Source of the DNA: Roseibacillus sp.
GTDB taxonomy: Bacteria; Verrucomicrobiota; Verrucomicrobiia; Verrucomicrobiales; Akkermansiaceae
Direction: 5' to 3'
Length of the DNA: 64,000 bases
Assembly: GCA_965242925.1 (NCBI GenBank)
Contig: CBDEUM010000029.1
Span: 64,001-128,000, forward strand
The notes under the pieces are model-generated. The model was not told the DNA's origin. It saw only the letters and a list, made by a program, of their open reading frames with translations, and searched no databases. How positions within the stretch are numbered: position 1 is the first letter of the stretch; each line of letters opens with the position of its first letter. Positions 1 to 10,147 of the stretch are shown piece after piece. The translations under genes and the position numbers were made by a program.

Positions 1-119
1 CCAAGTTGGGCCCCTGCGTTGGCGAGGGCGTAACCCATTTTGCCGGAAGACCGGTTGGTGAGGTATCGGACCGGATCGATTGGTTCGCGAGTTGAACCGG
101 CAGTGACGAGAATATTCAC
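1..119 (-). CDS. coaB: Phosphopantothenate--cysteine ligase (CoaB), 5' part only; runs off the window start
   Basis: Not in the ORF track. Reverse strand from GTG at 119 reads [39 protein letters not shown], the CoaB N-terminal signature; lies directly after coaC. Confidence 0.92.
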   Translation of the reverse strand, partial: MNILVTAGSTREPIDPVRYLTNRSSGKMGYALANAGAQL

Positions 120-171
120 GGAACGGAGTCGAGATCGGAATTCGGGAGGATTGCAGGGCGGGATAAAACGC

Positions 172-714
172 TTAGTCGGAGGAGGCGTCCAGTTTCCTGA
201 CCGCATCGAGAATCTCCTCTACCGGGAGGAGCCGGCCGGCACCTTCGTATCCGCAGGCCAGCATACCGGATTCCTCAGGGCCGAGGAAGTGGCATCCATC
301 GGCTTTAAGTTGCGCGATGTTGCGCTGGGTGGCGTGGTGTTCCCACATCTTGCCATTCATGGCTGGTGCGAGGAGGACCCGGGCCTTGGTGGCGAGATAG
401 ATACTGGAAAGTGGATCGGGTGCGAGGCCGTTGGCAAAGTTTCCCAGGGTATTTGCACTGAGGGGGGCGACCAGGAAGAGGTCTGCGCGATCAGCGAGGT
501 CGATATGGTCAGGCTTCCATGACTGCTTTTCGTCCTTCAACGAGACGAGGACGGGGTTGTGGGAGAGTACCTGCAGAGTGAGAGGGGTAATGAACTCGGT
601 AGCCTCCTGAGTCATGACGCAGTGCGTCTCGTGACCATCCCTGGTCAATTGCGAGACGAGGTCGGCCGCCTTGTAGGCGGCAATGGATCCGGTGATTCCG
701 AGAACAATGATCAT
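172..714 (-). CDS. coaC: Phosphopantothenoylcysteine decarboxylase (HFCD flavoprotein), stand-alone CoaC
   Basis: [23 protein letters not shown] (PxMNxxMW) and GMLACG motifs. Confidence 0.93.
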   Translation of the reverse strand: MIIVLGITGSIAAYKAADLVSQLTRDGHETHCVMTQEATEFITPLTLQVLSHNPVLVSLKDEKQSWKPDHIDLADRADLFLVAPLSANTLGNFANGLAPDPLSSIYLATKARVLLAPAMNGKMWEHHATQRNIAQLKADGCHFLGPEESGMLACGYEGAGRLLPVEEILDAVRKLDASSD

Positions 715-781
715 GTGTCGGAATTAACCTCCATCTGTGCCGATGTTGCGAAGAATTTTTTCCAGAGGGGATCACTTCTCC

Positions 782-1378
782 TCAGGCGAAGCGCGAAACA
801 CGCAGGCGCTCCGCGACGAGGAGCGACCTGAAACGCTGGTAGTCGTCTTCCTTTGATCTCGAAATGAGCCGGTAAGTGTAGGAACCGGCCTGGCGCATCT
901 CCTCCAGGGCATTGCGGAGACGCAGCTCGATCACTTCTTCGGTGTCGGTGGCGCGATTTGCCAGGCGCTCACGCAATTCGCCTTCACTCGCCGGCATGAC
1001 AAAGAGATCCACCAGACTGGCAGCAATGAGAGAATCGTCGCAGGACCGCACCTGGGCTGCGCCCTGCACATCGATGTCCAGGACCACGTCCCCACCGCGT
1101 TTCAGGAACTCAAGAACCTCGGACTTCAGAGTTCCATAGAGATTTCCATGGACCTCGGCGTGCTCGAGGAAATTTTCATCCGCCACGTCGGTTTCAAACT
1201 GTTCCCGGTTCAGGAAGTAGTAATCGCGGGCGTTGACTTCACCCTCCCGGGCCGGACGCGTAGTACAGGAAATCGAGTAGTGGGCTTCCCCGTCCCTGGC
1301 CAGTCGTCGGCAAAGTGTCGTCTTGCCGGAGCCGGAGGGTCCGGAGACGAGGAGGAGAACGCCCGTTTGCTGGGACAT
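782..1378 (-). CDS. gmk: Guanylate kinase
   Basis: GPSGSGKTT P-loop, SCTTRPAREGE, DYYF and EVHGNLYGT; start trimmed to ATG 1378. Confidence 0.95.
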   Translation of the reverse strand: MSQQTGVLLLVSGPSGSGKTTLCRRLARDGEAHYSISCTTRPAREGEVNARDYYFLNREQFETDVADENFLEHAEVHGNLYGTLKSEVLEFLKRGGDVVLDIDVQGAAQVRSCDDSLIAASLVDLFVMPASEGELRERLANRATDTEEVIELRLRNALEEMRQAGSYTYRLISRSKEDDYQRFRSLLVAERLRVSRFA

Positions 1379-1662
1379 GGGGATAGCCTCAGAGAAAATG
1401 CCCGTGGATGCAAGAGCAGCCACGGAGCAACAGGGATTTGGAGGGTTTATGATCACCCGGCAGTGCAGGTGGTCGCCTGTTTCCGGAAGAGCAATGGAAT
1501 GCCGGGCCCAGAGGGAAAGGGCGAAGGCCTTGAGGGACTCCCCGTTCTCTGCTACGGGGAGTCCATGTCTGCTGCGAATGATTCCGGAAGTTGCCCCCGC
1601 AGCGGGTGCGTGCCGGGGGGGTGTCGTGCGCCAGGCTGCCAGAAGATTGGACATCGAATGAG

Positions 1663-2160
1663 ATGAAATTGTACGTGGTCTGCGGCCCGCCCGCCGGAGG
1701 GAAAACTCATCACGGCCGACAACTGGCTGCCCGGGTGGGCGGGGTTCTGCTTGATAATGACATTGTCACCGAGTCGGTGGTGCAGGCGGGAATGCAGGCC
1801 GCGGGGCTTTCCCGTGACGACAGGGATTCGCCACGTTACAAGGAGATCTTCCGGGAGTCGGTTTACGAATCGCTTTTCCAGGTGGCGGAAGCGAATCTTT
1901 CACACCTTCCGGTGGTGGTGGTGGGACCCTTTACACGGGAATCCCAGCAACAGGACTGGCCGGCACGTCTTGCAGACCGCTTCGGAGTTCCGGTGGAGGT
2001 GCATTTTGTTTCCTGTCCGCCGGAAGTGAGGCGGGAGCGCATGGAGCGCCGTGGCGAAGCCAGAGACCTGGCCAAGCTGGCTCAATGGGATGCCTACCTG
2101 CAGACCACTGCACTGAAACCGCCGCCCTTTGACCACGTCCTGGTGGACACCAGTGGGTAA
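1663..2160 (+). CDS. P-loop small-molecule kinase-like protein (AAA_33-type)
   Basis: MKLYVVCGPPAGGKT Walker A, LLDND, and an RxxxR lid (RRERMERRG); start at ATG 1663. Confidence 0.75.
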   Translation: MKLYVVCGPPAGGKTHHGRQLAARVGGVLLDNDIVTESVVQAGMQAAGLSRDDRDSPRYKEIFRESVYESLFQVAEANLSHLPVVVVGPFTRESQQQDWPARLADRFGVPVEVHFVSCPPEVRRERMERRGEARDLAKLAQWDAYLQTTALKPPPFDHVLVDTSG

Positions 2161-2227
2161 GCGGTCTCGCAGGGGGCGGCCCCCCGGGTTTTCAAGGAGC
2201 AAGGATCGGGAGCATGGGTGGCGGTAA

Positions 2228-3028
2228 TCAGGACTCGTCCTTCTCGATGTTCCCGTAGGAGCGGTCGAAGTGAACGTAGCCGCCATCGATGTGATGGATT
2301 TGGCCGGTGGTGTGCCCGGAACAGGGGGAGGCGAGGAACACGATGGCGTTGCCCATTTCCTCGGCACTTGTCATGCGTTGACCAAGGGGAATGCGGGCCC
2401 GGATTGCTTCAAGGGTTTTCTCCGGGTTTTCGACGGTCTTAATCCATGAATCGTACATGGGCGTCCATACCTCGGCTGGCACAACGGTGTTGACCCGGAT
2501 TTCGTGATCGGCGAGGTCGACCGCCCATTCCCGGGTCAGCCCGTGGATGGCACCTTTTGCCGCGGCATAGCCGGAGGTGCTTCCCTGGCCAGTGACCGCC
2601 AGTTTGGAGGAGACATTGATGATGAATCCGGCGCTCTCGATCAGGGCATCGAGGGCGAAGTGGGTGAGGTTGTAGAGGTGGAAGAGGTTGCGCCGCAGGG
2701 AAGCAATAAACTCGTCCGGTCCGGCACGGAGGCTGACTCCGTCGTTGACGCCGGCATTGTGAACGATGCCGTCGAGACGGCCAAAGGTCTCCAGGGCTTT
2801 CATGATTGCGGAGCGGCAGGCTTCCACCTCGGTCAGTTCGGTTTCGATCATGAGCCCACGGGTGCCGGTGGCCCCGATACGCTCGAGTAGTGAGTTGCCG
2901 GTTTCCGGGCTGCGTCCCACGATGACCGGGATAGCGCCCTCCCGGGCAAAGAGTTCCACTGCGGCAGCTCCAATGCCCTTGGCGCCCCCGGTCACGATCA
3001 CGACTTTGTCCTTGAGCTTCAGGTCCAT
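2228..3028 (-). CDS. SDR oxidoreductase, probable L-fucose dehydrogenase
   Basis: TGGAKGIG, HNAGVND, YAAAK and TREWA; last gene of the L-fuconate dehydratase cluster. Confidence 0.75.
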   Translation of the reverse strand: MDLKLKDKVVIVTGGAKGIGAAAVELFAREGAIPVIVGRSPETGNSLLERIGATGTRGLMIETELTEVEACRSAIMKALETFGRLDGIVHNAGVNDGVSLRAGPDEFIASLRRNLFHLYNLTHFALDALIESAGFIINVSSKLAVTGQGSTSGYAAAKGAIHGLTREWAVDLADHEIRVNTVVPAEVWTPMYDSWIKTVENPEKTLEAIRARIPLGQRMTSAEEMGNAIVFLASPCSGHTTGQIHHIDGGYVHFDRSYGNIEKDES

Positions 3029-3038
3029 GGTTCTGTTC

Positions 3039-4307
3039 TTAACTGGGGGGAAATTGCGCCAGAGTTTCTTTTTTCATTTCGATGGAAAATCCCGGAATGG
3101 TGGGTGCCTGGTAACGGCCCTTCTTCAGGACACAGGGGGAGACAAAATGTTCATGCAGGTGATCGACGTACTCGGCCACCCGTCCTTCCCAGGATCCCGA
3201 GATACTGAGAAAGTCGATGATGGAAAGGTGCTGGGCGTACTCGCACAGGCCTACTCCGCCGGCGTGGGGACACACCGGTTTCCCGAACTTGGCGGCCATG
3301 ATCATGATGGCGAGGTTCTCGTTCAGGCCTCCCACGCGGGTCGCGTCGATCTGGACGACATCGATCGCCTCGGCCTGGAGGAATTGCTTGAAAAGGATTC
3401 GGTTCTGGCAGCATTCCCCGGTGGCGATCTTGATGGGAGCGATGCCATCGCGGATCTGCTTGTGTCCGAGGACGTCGTCCGGTGAGGTTGGTTCCTCGAG
3501 AAACCAGAGATTGAATTCAGCGAGGGATTTCATCCATTCGATGGCCTCGTCCGGTTCCCAGACCTGGTTGGCGTCTACCATGAGGGTGATCCGGTCACCG
3601 ACCACTTCCCGCACGGTGCGCAGGCGGCGAATGTCATCCTCGAGATCGGCTCCCACCTTGAGCTTGAGATGGGTCCAGCCGGCATCAACCGCTTCCTGGC
3701 AGAGGCGCCGCAACTTGTCGTCGGAGTAACCGAGCCAGCCCGCCGAGGTGGTGTAGGTCGGATAGCCATGCTCCAGGAGCCGGGCCAGGCGCTCCTCCCG
3801 GCCTTCGTGAGCACGTTCCAGGATATCGCAGGCTTCCTCCGGGGTGAGCGCGTTGGTGAGGTAGCGAAAGTCAATGCAGCGGACAATTTCTTCGGGCGTC
3901 ATCCCGGCGACAAGCTCCCAGACTGGTTTGCCCTCTGCCCGGGCCCAGAGGTCCCAGACGGCATTCACTACCGCGCCGGTGGCAAGGTGAATGACTCCCT
4001 TGTCAGGTCCCACCCAGCGCAGTTGGGAGTCTCCGGTAAGATGGCGCCAGAAGGCTCCCATGTCGGAAGTGATTTCCTCCAGCGACATGCCAATAAGACA
4101 GGGTGCGAGGGATCTGATCCCGGCGATACAGAGTTCGTTACCCCGCCCGAGGGTGAAGGTCAGCCCGTGTCCTTCGTGATCGCCATCCGTTTCGAGCACG
4201 ACGTAGGCCGCCGAGTAGTCGGGGTCCGGATTCATCGCATCCGAACCGTCCAGCTGGTCGGAGGTCTGGAAGCGCGCGTCGTGGGTTCTGAAGCCGGTGA
4301 TCTTCAA
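3039..4307 (-). CDS. fucD: L-fuconate dehydratase (enolase superfamily, mandelate racemase subgroup)
   Basis: GSDAMNPDPDYS, YTTSAGWLGY, KLK, DANQ, EEP, TGE, PHAGGVG and EYVDHLH motifs. Confidence 0.9.
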   Translation of the reverse strand: MKITGFRTHDARFQTSDQLDGSDAMNPDPDYSAAYVVLETDGDHEGHGLTFTLGRGNELCIAGIRSLAPCLIGMSLEEITSDMGAFWRHLTGDSQLRWVGPDKGVIHLATGAVVNAVWDLWARAEGKPVWELVAGMTPEEIVRCIDFRYLTNALTPEEACDILERAHEGREERLARLLEHGYPTYTTSAGWLGYSDDKLRRLCQEAVDAGWTHLKLKVGADLEDDIRRLRTVREVVGDRITLMVDANQVWEPDEAIEWMKSLAEFNLWFLEEPTSPDDVLGHKQIRDGIAPIKIATGECCQNRILFKQFLQAEAIDVVQIDATRVGGLNENLAIMIMAAKFGKPVCPHAGGVGLCEYAQHLSIIDFLSISGSWEGRVAEYVDHLHEHFVSPCVLKKGRYQAPTIPGFSIEMKKETLAQFPPS

Positions 4308-4327
4308 GGCAGCGAAAGGACGAAGAG

Positions 4328-5185
4328 TCAGGATTCCTTTACCGCAACCTGCCGTTGAATACCGAGGCCGTCGACCCCGAGTTCGAAGACGTCGCCCTCC
4401 TCTACGAATTGTGGCGGGTCAAATCCGATGCCGACCCCGGCGGGGGTGCCGGTGGAGATGACATCGCCGGGCAGAAGCGACATGAATTTGCTCACGTAGG
4501 CCACGAGGTGCGGGATGGAAAAGATCAGATCGCTGGTGTTACTGTCCTGCAGGGTTTCTCCGTTGCGCGTGAGCCAGAGGCGCAGGTTGCCGGGATCCGG
4601 GACTTCGTCGGTGGTGGCAAGGTAGGGGCCAAAGGGGGCGAAGGTGTCACCGGACTTCCCCTTTACCCACTGACCGGTTCCTTCCAGTTGCCACTCGCGC
4701 TCAGAGTAGTCGTTGTGCACCGCAAAGCCCGCGATGTGGGCGAGGGCGTCCTCCTCGGCGACATACTTGGAGTGTTTGCCGATAACGAAGGCGAGTTCCA
4801 CTTCCCAGTCGGTTTTTACCGAGTCACGGGGAATAACGAGGTCGTCGTTGGGGCCACTCCAGGCCGAGGTGGCCTTGGAGAAGAGAACCGGTTCGGCAGG
4901 TGGTTCCAGACCGCCTTCAGCAGCGTGGGCGGCGTAATTCAAGCCGATGCAGATGATCTTGGGCGGTCGTGCCACCGCCGGCGCGAGAGTGATCCCGGAA
5001 GCCTCCAGGGTGGGGGCGGTTTCTCGATTCTGGGCCAGCCAGCTTTCCAGGCGGGCGAGGCCATCATTGCCGAAGAAATCCTCATTCCAGTCTTCGCCAA
5101 AGGCGGAGGCGTCGAGAATAGTGGCATCATCGAGGAAAAGTCCCGGGGTGGGCGATCCATCTTGGAGGAAGCGAGTGAGTTTCAT
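4328..5185 (-). CDS. Fumarylacetoacetate hydrolase family; probable 2,4-diketo-3-deoxy-L-fuconate hydrolase
   Basis: CIGLNY, DWEVEL, NDYSER, KGKS and STGTP motifs; context next to fucD. Confidence 0.8.
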   Translation of the reverse strand: MKLTRFLQDGSPTPGLFLDDATILDASAFGEDWNEDFFGNDGLARLESWLAQNRETAPTLEASGITLAPAVARPPKIICIGLNYAAHAAEGGLEPPAEPVLFSKATSAWSGPNDDLVIPRDSVKTDWEVELAFVIGKHSKYVAEEDALAHIAGFAVHNDYSEREWQLEGTGQWVKGKSGDTFAPFGPYLATTDEVPDPGNLRLWLTRNGETLQDSNTSDLIFSIPHLVAYVSKFMSLLPGDVISTGTPAGVGIGFDPPQFVEEGDVFELGVDGLGIQRQVAVKES

Positions 5186-5235
5186 GGGAGGACAAGGGTA
5201 AGTGAAAGTAACAGGTTAGGGTAAAAGGGAGGGAT

Positions 5236-5997
5236 CTAGCGAAGATTGGTCACGCCACCGTCGATCTCGAAAGCGCTTCCAGTGATGAAACTGGCCTGCT
5301 CGGAAGTGAGGTACCCCACGAGGCCAGCGACTTCCTCGGGTGTTCCCATGCGCCCGATCGGTTGCCATTCACTGAGGGTCTTGAACATCTTCGGACGCTC
5401 GTGTTCGGCGTAGTTCTTGTCGAGATAACCATCGACAAAGGGAGTGTGTACCCGGCCGGGACAGACGCAGTTACAGCGAATGCCCCGGTTGACGTAGTCA
5501 CGGGCAATCGACATGGTCATGCTCAGGACCGCACCCTTGGACATGGAGTAGGCGAAACGATCGGAGATCCCGAGGTAGGAGGCCACCGAGGCAAGATTCA
5601 CCACGGAACCCCCGCCACTCGCGACCATCTTTGGAACAGCAAAGTGGAGGCAGTGATACATGCCCTTCACATTGACCTCGTAGAGACGGTCCATTTCCTC
5701 CGGGGTGCATGTCTCTACATTGCCCACCGAAGCGATTCCGGCGTTGTTGACCAGGATGTCGAGAGAATCGATTTGATCGAAGGCAGACCGGACAGAGTCA
5801 GTTTGTGAGATGTCGCAGGGAATCAGGCGGGCTGAGCCGCCTGCTTCCCGAATGGCCGTAGCACTCTCCTCCCCGGCCGTTTCATCGACCTCAACGATGA
5901 CGATCTCGTGATCTTGCTTCGCGAGTTCCGCCGCGATAGCGCGGCCGATTCCCGATCCGGCTCCAGTGACAACTGCTGTGCTCACGGAGCGAGACAA
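5236..5997 (-). CDS. SDR oxidoreductase, probable 2-keto-3-deoxy-L-fuconate 4-dehydrogenase
   Basis: TGAGSGIG, NNAG, RFAYSMSK and CPGRVHTP; context next to the FAH gene and fucD. Confidence 0.75.
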   Translation of the reverse strand: MSRSVSTAVVTGAGSGIGRAIAAELAKQDHEIVIVEVDETAGEESATAIREAGGSARLIPCDISQTDSVRSAFDQIDSLDILVNNAGIASVGNVETCTPEEMDRLYEVNVKGMYHCLHFAVPKMVASGGGSVVNLASVASYLGISDRFAYSMSKGAVLSMTMSIARDYVNRGIRCNCVCPGRVHTPFVDGYLDKNYAEHERPKMFKTLSEWQPIGRMGTPEEVAGLVGYLTSEQASFITGSAFEIDGGVTNLR

Positions 5998-6128
5998 TAT
6001 CGAAATGACCTGAAGTCCAAGGGGTTTTCGTCTCTGGAGGGAAGGATGACCCGTCCAGATGGAAATTCCGCCTGGATCAAGGCGTCGATGCTCCGGATGG
6101 ACAGTGGGTCAGGGGTTCGGGGCCCGCC

Positions 6129-7217
6129 TCAGGTGTCTGCCGGTTGCCTGTAGAGGCTGAACACGCGCAGGGTGGAGCCATTTGAAATATATTTCTCGCG
6201 GTCCCTCTTGCGGGCACCATTGCCGCTACTGCCTCCTGAGAGGTAGCAGGCGGCAAGGAGTTGGCGACCATCGGGGTGCAGGCTGAGTTCGTAGGCGGAC
6301 GGATTGACGAGGGAATGGAGCGGATCCGGTTGATCGATTTTCCAGAATACCAGTTCGGAATTAGCATGCAGTATCTCGGTGTGGCCGGCGAGGGTTCCGT
6401 TTGAGAGGAAGCAGAGCGAATTGAGTGGGCCGTCACTCTTGCCCTTGATTCGGAGTTCACTACGGATTTTTCCATTGAGCCAGTCGAAGACCAGGACAGT
6501 GGGTTTGCCTGGACAGAAGGCATTGCTCTTGGCGTCCTTCATCCCGCCCGCTGCGAGGAGAGTGCCTTCTGCGTTGAAGGCAAGGCTGCGCACCCCCCCT
6601 ACGTCGGCGAGGAACTGCTCTCCCCGGGTGTGAAGGAGAGAGGCATCCAGTAACCGGACGAACTTTGAACCGTCAGCGAGATCCCATTGACGAATCGTGC
6701 CAAGGAGGTCGCCACTTACGAGATGCTTTCCGTCGGGTGAAACAGCGAGGGAAAAGATGCAATCGTGGTGGCCTTCCAGCCTGATGAACTCCTTACCATT
6801 GTCCGTACGCCAGAATTTGATAATCGCGTCATCTCCAGCGCTGATGAGGTGCCTGCCATCCGGAGTGACCACGAGAGAACGCACGTTGTCACGATCGGCG
6901 CTTGGAATAGTCCAGATCGGTTTGGAGGAGTTTTCATCGAGGTAGTTCCAACAGTGGATGACGCCCTGGTAGTCGGCGGTGAAGAGACGTGGTGCCGTTG
7001 GGTGGAAGGCGAGCGAGGAGAGCCAGGTCTCATGCCCGTTCAGGGAGCGATGCAACGGCTCTTCTCCCCTGAGATCCCAGAGATGGACCAGCCGGTCCTG
7101 TCCTCCCGCTGCGATGGTGTGGCCATCGGGGCTGAAGCGTGCGCGGAAAAGCTGGCGCGGGAACTTGATTTCGCGCGAAATCCAGACAGCGGTGGCATCG
7201 AGTGGGGGTGGTTTCAT
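6129..7217 (-). CDS. WD40-repeat beta-propeller protein
   Basis: Repeated GH...WD/WN units; its ATG overlaps the DUF1501 stop (ATGA, 7214-7217). Confidence 0.85.
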   Translation of the reverse strand: MKPPPLDATAVWISREIKFPRQLFRARFSPDGHTIAAGGQDRLVHLWDLRGEEPLHRSLNGHETWLSSLAFHPTAPRLFTADYQGVIHCWNYLDENSSKPIWTIPSADRDNVRSLVVTPDGRHLISAGDDAIIKFWRTDNGKEFIRLEGHHDCIFSLAVSPDGKHLVSGDLLGTIRQWDLADGSKFVRLLDASLLHTRGEQFLADVGGVRSLAFNAEGTLLAAGGMKDAKSNAFCPGKPTVLVFDWLNGKIRSELRIKGKSDGPLNSLCFLSNGTLAGHTEILHANSELVFWKIDQPDPLHSLVNPSAYELSLHPDGRQLLAACYLSGGSSGNGARKRDREKYISNGSTLRVFSLYRQPADT

Positions 7218-8497
7218 GTCATGACCTCCCGGATGGGCCCGCACTCGTCGTGTGCGATGGGCAGTTTCTGCCCCTTATGGCGGTATTTTTTCCGTCGGGG
7301 GTCGATACCGAGCACGCTGAAGATGGTATGGAAGAGATCGCCGATGTCGTAACCGGTTCCGTCCACGAAGACACCGTCCCTGTCGCTGTTTCCCACGATG
7401 GCGCCCCGCCTGATGCCGCAGCCGGCCAGGGCGAGACTCCAGCAATCCGGCCAGTGATCGCGTCCGAGGCGGGAATTGATGATGGGCGTACGGCCGAACT
7501 CGCTCATGAGAACGACTAGAACATCATCGAGCATACCGCGCTCATCGAGATCGTCGATGAGGGCGGCGAAAGGCTGGTCGATCTGCGGGATGAGCCGTTG
7601 TGACATGTTGAAATTGTCACTGTGAGTGTCCCAGTGATAGCTGTTGACCTTTACGAATCGTACGCCGGACTCCAGCAGATGACGGGCTCGGAGGATGTGG
7701 CGGCCGAGCGGATGGCTACCGTACCGTTCACGGTCCCCGGGATCGATCCGAGTGTCATCGAAGATGTCCTTGCGGGCCATGAGCTGCCGGGCCATACGAT
7801 AGCTGGTCTCGTAGGCATCAATTTCAGAGGATCCCCGGTAGGACTTGAAACGCTGGTTGGCACGCTCTCGCAGAATCTGCCGGGCCTCGTTCTGTTGTGC
7901 GGAAATGGATTCGGGGCGGTGGATGTGAATGGGGGCCTTTCCGTCTCCGAGGGCCAGTGCGCCGTACTCCGCACCGAGGAAGCCGGCTTCGCGTGCAATG
8001 AAGCCGCCGTTGCCGGGTTTGATCCAGACGTAGGGAGGGAGCTCGGGGTCGGCGGGTCCGAGGAGCTTGGCGACTGCGGAGCCGAGGTAGGGATAGTCCA
8101 CTCCACGGTCGATGGGGTCCCCACGCTGGATCCTGGGCACACCAGTTGAGTGATTCGGATCCTTGGTGCACATGCTGCGAATGATCGAGATCTTATGCGC
8201 AATCCTGGCGGTGTGCGGAAGCAGCTCGCTGAAATGGATGCCGGGGATGCTGGTGGGGATGCTCCGGAACGGTCCGGCGAACTGGCTGCCGGACAGGGGA
8301 TGCCAGCTCTCAAACTGGCTGATGCCACCGTCGAGCCAGATAAGGCAGACTTGCTTATTTTTTTTGGCGATTTCCCGGGCAATGGCGGGTTGGAGCAGGC
8401 TGCCAAATCCAATGCTGCCGCCAAGGAGGCCGAGGACACGACGTCTGGACAGGGCGTGAAAGGGGGATTGGCAGGATGTGGATCCGGGATGGGGCAT
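7214..8497 (-). CDS. DUF1501 family protein, Tat-exported
   Basis: SRRRVLG twin-arginine, LDGGISQFES, WDTH, SEFGRTP and GRDHWP. Confidence 0.88.
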   Translation of the reverse strand: MPHPGSTSCQSPFHALSRRRVLGLLGGSIGFGSLLQPAIAREIAKKNKQVCLIWLDGGISQFESWHPLSGSQFAGPFRSIPTSIPGIHFSELLPHTARIAHKISIIRSMCTKDPNHSTGVPRIQRGDPIDRGVDYPYLGSAVAKLLGPADPELPPYVWIKPGNGGFIAREAGFLGAEYGALALGDGKAPIHIHRPESISAQQNEARQILRERANQRFKSYRGSSEIDAYETSYRMARQLMARKDIFDDTRIDPGDRERYGSHPLGRHILRARHLLESGVRFVKVNSYHWDTHSDNFNMSQRLIPQIDQPFAALIDDLDERGMLDDVLVVLMSEFGRTPIINSRLGRDHWPDCWSLALAGCGIRRGAIVGNSDRDGVFVDGTGYDIGDLFHTIFSVLGIDPRRKKYRHKGQKLPIAHDECGPIREVMT

Positions 8498-8509
8498 TCT
8501 TCTTCTGCT

Positions 8510-10147
8510 TTAGTGATTCAGGCGGAATTCTGTTGAAGTGAGGAGAGCCCAGATGAGATCGGAGAGGCCAGCCCTGCGGCGGTCGGGGTGCGCTTCAAGA
8601 TAGGTAGACAGTTCCTGCTGTTCATCCTCTTCCGGCAGGCGGGAGAGAACAGCGCAATAGAGCTCTTTGGCGATGGCATCTGGTGATTTCATCTTGGCAA
8701 GCCGGGAGGCAAGGTTGTGCTTTCGTGGTTGCAGCCAATGGAGGACGAGTCGGTCATTCATGAGAAAGAGAGCCTTGTTCAGCCCCGGCGCAAAGTCGTC
8801 CTCGGGCACGCCGGAGGGCTGGCCGAAGGTTTCCACGAAAATGGTCCGGATGTCGGCGTAGGCGGTGGGTAGGCCGGTGTTGGTGCCGGTGAAGTAGCCG
8901 CGGTGGTCAAACTTTTCTTCGCCCGTCGACTCCTGGGCGCGAACCTCCTCGTTGCCAGTGGCCCGCAGGATGGAGTGGAGGAGTTGTTCTGGAGTGAGCC
9001 CCTTGAGATGAGCCACGCGGTAGTTCTCCGGTTCGACTTCCGTCTCTCCGGGGGGAAGTCGGCTGCTGCGCTGGTAGCTTGCGCTGAAGGCGATCTGGCG
9101 GAGGAGCCACTTTATGTCGAACTGATGCGCGACGAACTGGCGTTCCAGAAGATCAAGGAGTTCGGGATGCGAGGGTGGGTTTTCACTATGGGCCTGGTCG
9201 AGGGGCATCCAGAATCCCCGACCCATCATGAGCTTCCAGAAGCGGTTTACGCTGTTGCGGACGAAGAGGTTGTTTCGGCCGGAAGCGAGGTCACGGGCAA
9301 GCCGTTCGCGCGGGCGAAATTTGGGCACGGCGGGCAGGCCGTCAGCAGCGGGTTTTTCGAAGCCCTGATGTTCGTCAAACGTTGGGATGGGGATTTCTTT
9401 CCCGCCCGGTAATCGGGGGCCGGTGTCCTCCTGGTCGTCGAAGAAGACGGATTGGAACTCCACCTTCTTGGTGGCGAGGTTCTCCACGAAGTATGACCGC
9501 TTCTCTCCGGAGTGGGTGGCGAGTCTGGTCTGGTTCAGGTAGGCGTAGAGGCCCCAATAGTGCGCCTGAGTCCAATCGTCGACGGAGGGATGATCGTGGC
9601 AGCGGGCGCATTCAAGATCACGTCCGAGGAAAAGGCGGGCGATATCCTCAGTGAGGCGGTGGTGATTACCTTTTCCAAGGAATCTCATTGCGGCGCGGGA
9701 TTCTCCCTTTCCTGTAGCAGCAATCATCTCGCCTATGAGAACGTTCCAGCGTGGCTGGTCCTGCAGGCTCTTTTTCAGGTATGCCCGCCATTCATCGTCG
9801 GGAACTTGGCTAAGTTGCTGTCGCTCCAGTAGCATGACGGAGAGGCGGTCGGTCCAGTGTTCAGCGAAGTTTTTGCTGGCAAGCAGTTGATCAATGACCC
9901 GGCTACGCTTGCCTGCTGATTTGTCCCTGAGGAAGGTACGGGTCTGGACGGAGGTGGGAATGTTACCCACCAGATCAAGGTGGATTCTCCGCAGGAATGC
10001 AGCATCGTCGGCTACTGGTGCGAGAGGGCCACCGGCCTTGGCGGTGATGAGCCGGTCGATAGCGGCGGACACGGATTCTCCCCGTAGCGCTGCAGATGAT
10101 AGGCAGAACAGGAGCAGGGAGGCGATTACGCTGACCCTACATGGCAT
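8510..10147 (-). CDS. DUF1549/DUF1553 (PSCyt2/PSD1) protein with CxxCH
   Basis: Signal peptide, FLRRIHLDLVG, CARCHDHP, VNRFW, NPPSHPELL and C-terminal EFRLNH. Confidence 0.88.
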   Translation of the reverse strand: MPCRVSVIASLLLFCLSSAALRGESVSAAIDRLITAKAGGPLAPVADDAAFLRRIHLDLVGNIPTSVQTRTFLRDKSAGKRSRVIDQLLASKNFAEHWTDRLSVMLLERQQLSQVPDDEWRAYLKKSLQDQPRWNVLIGEMIAATGKGESRAAMRFLGKGNHHRLTEDIARLFLGRDLECARCHDHPSVDDWTQAHYWGLYAYLNQTRLATHSGEKRSYFVENLATKKVEFQSVFFDDQEDTGPRLPGGKEIPIPTFDEHQGFEKPAADGLPAVPKFRPRERLARDLASGRNNLFVRNSVNRFWKLMMGRGFWMPLDQAHSENPPSHPELLDLLERQFVAHQFDIKWLLRQIAFSASYQRSSRLPPGETEVEPENYRVAHLKGLTPEQLLHSILRATGNEEVRAQESTGEEKFDHRGYFTGTNTGLPTAYADIRTIFVETFGQPSGVPEDDFAPGLNKALFLMNDRLVLHWLQPRKHNLASRLAKMKSPDAIAKELYCAVLSRLPEEDEQQELSTYLEAHPDRRRAGLSDLIWALLTSTEFRLNH

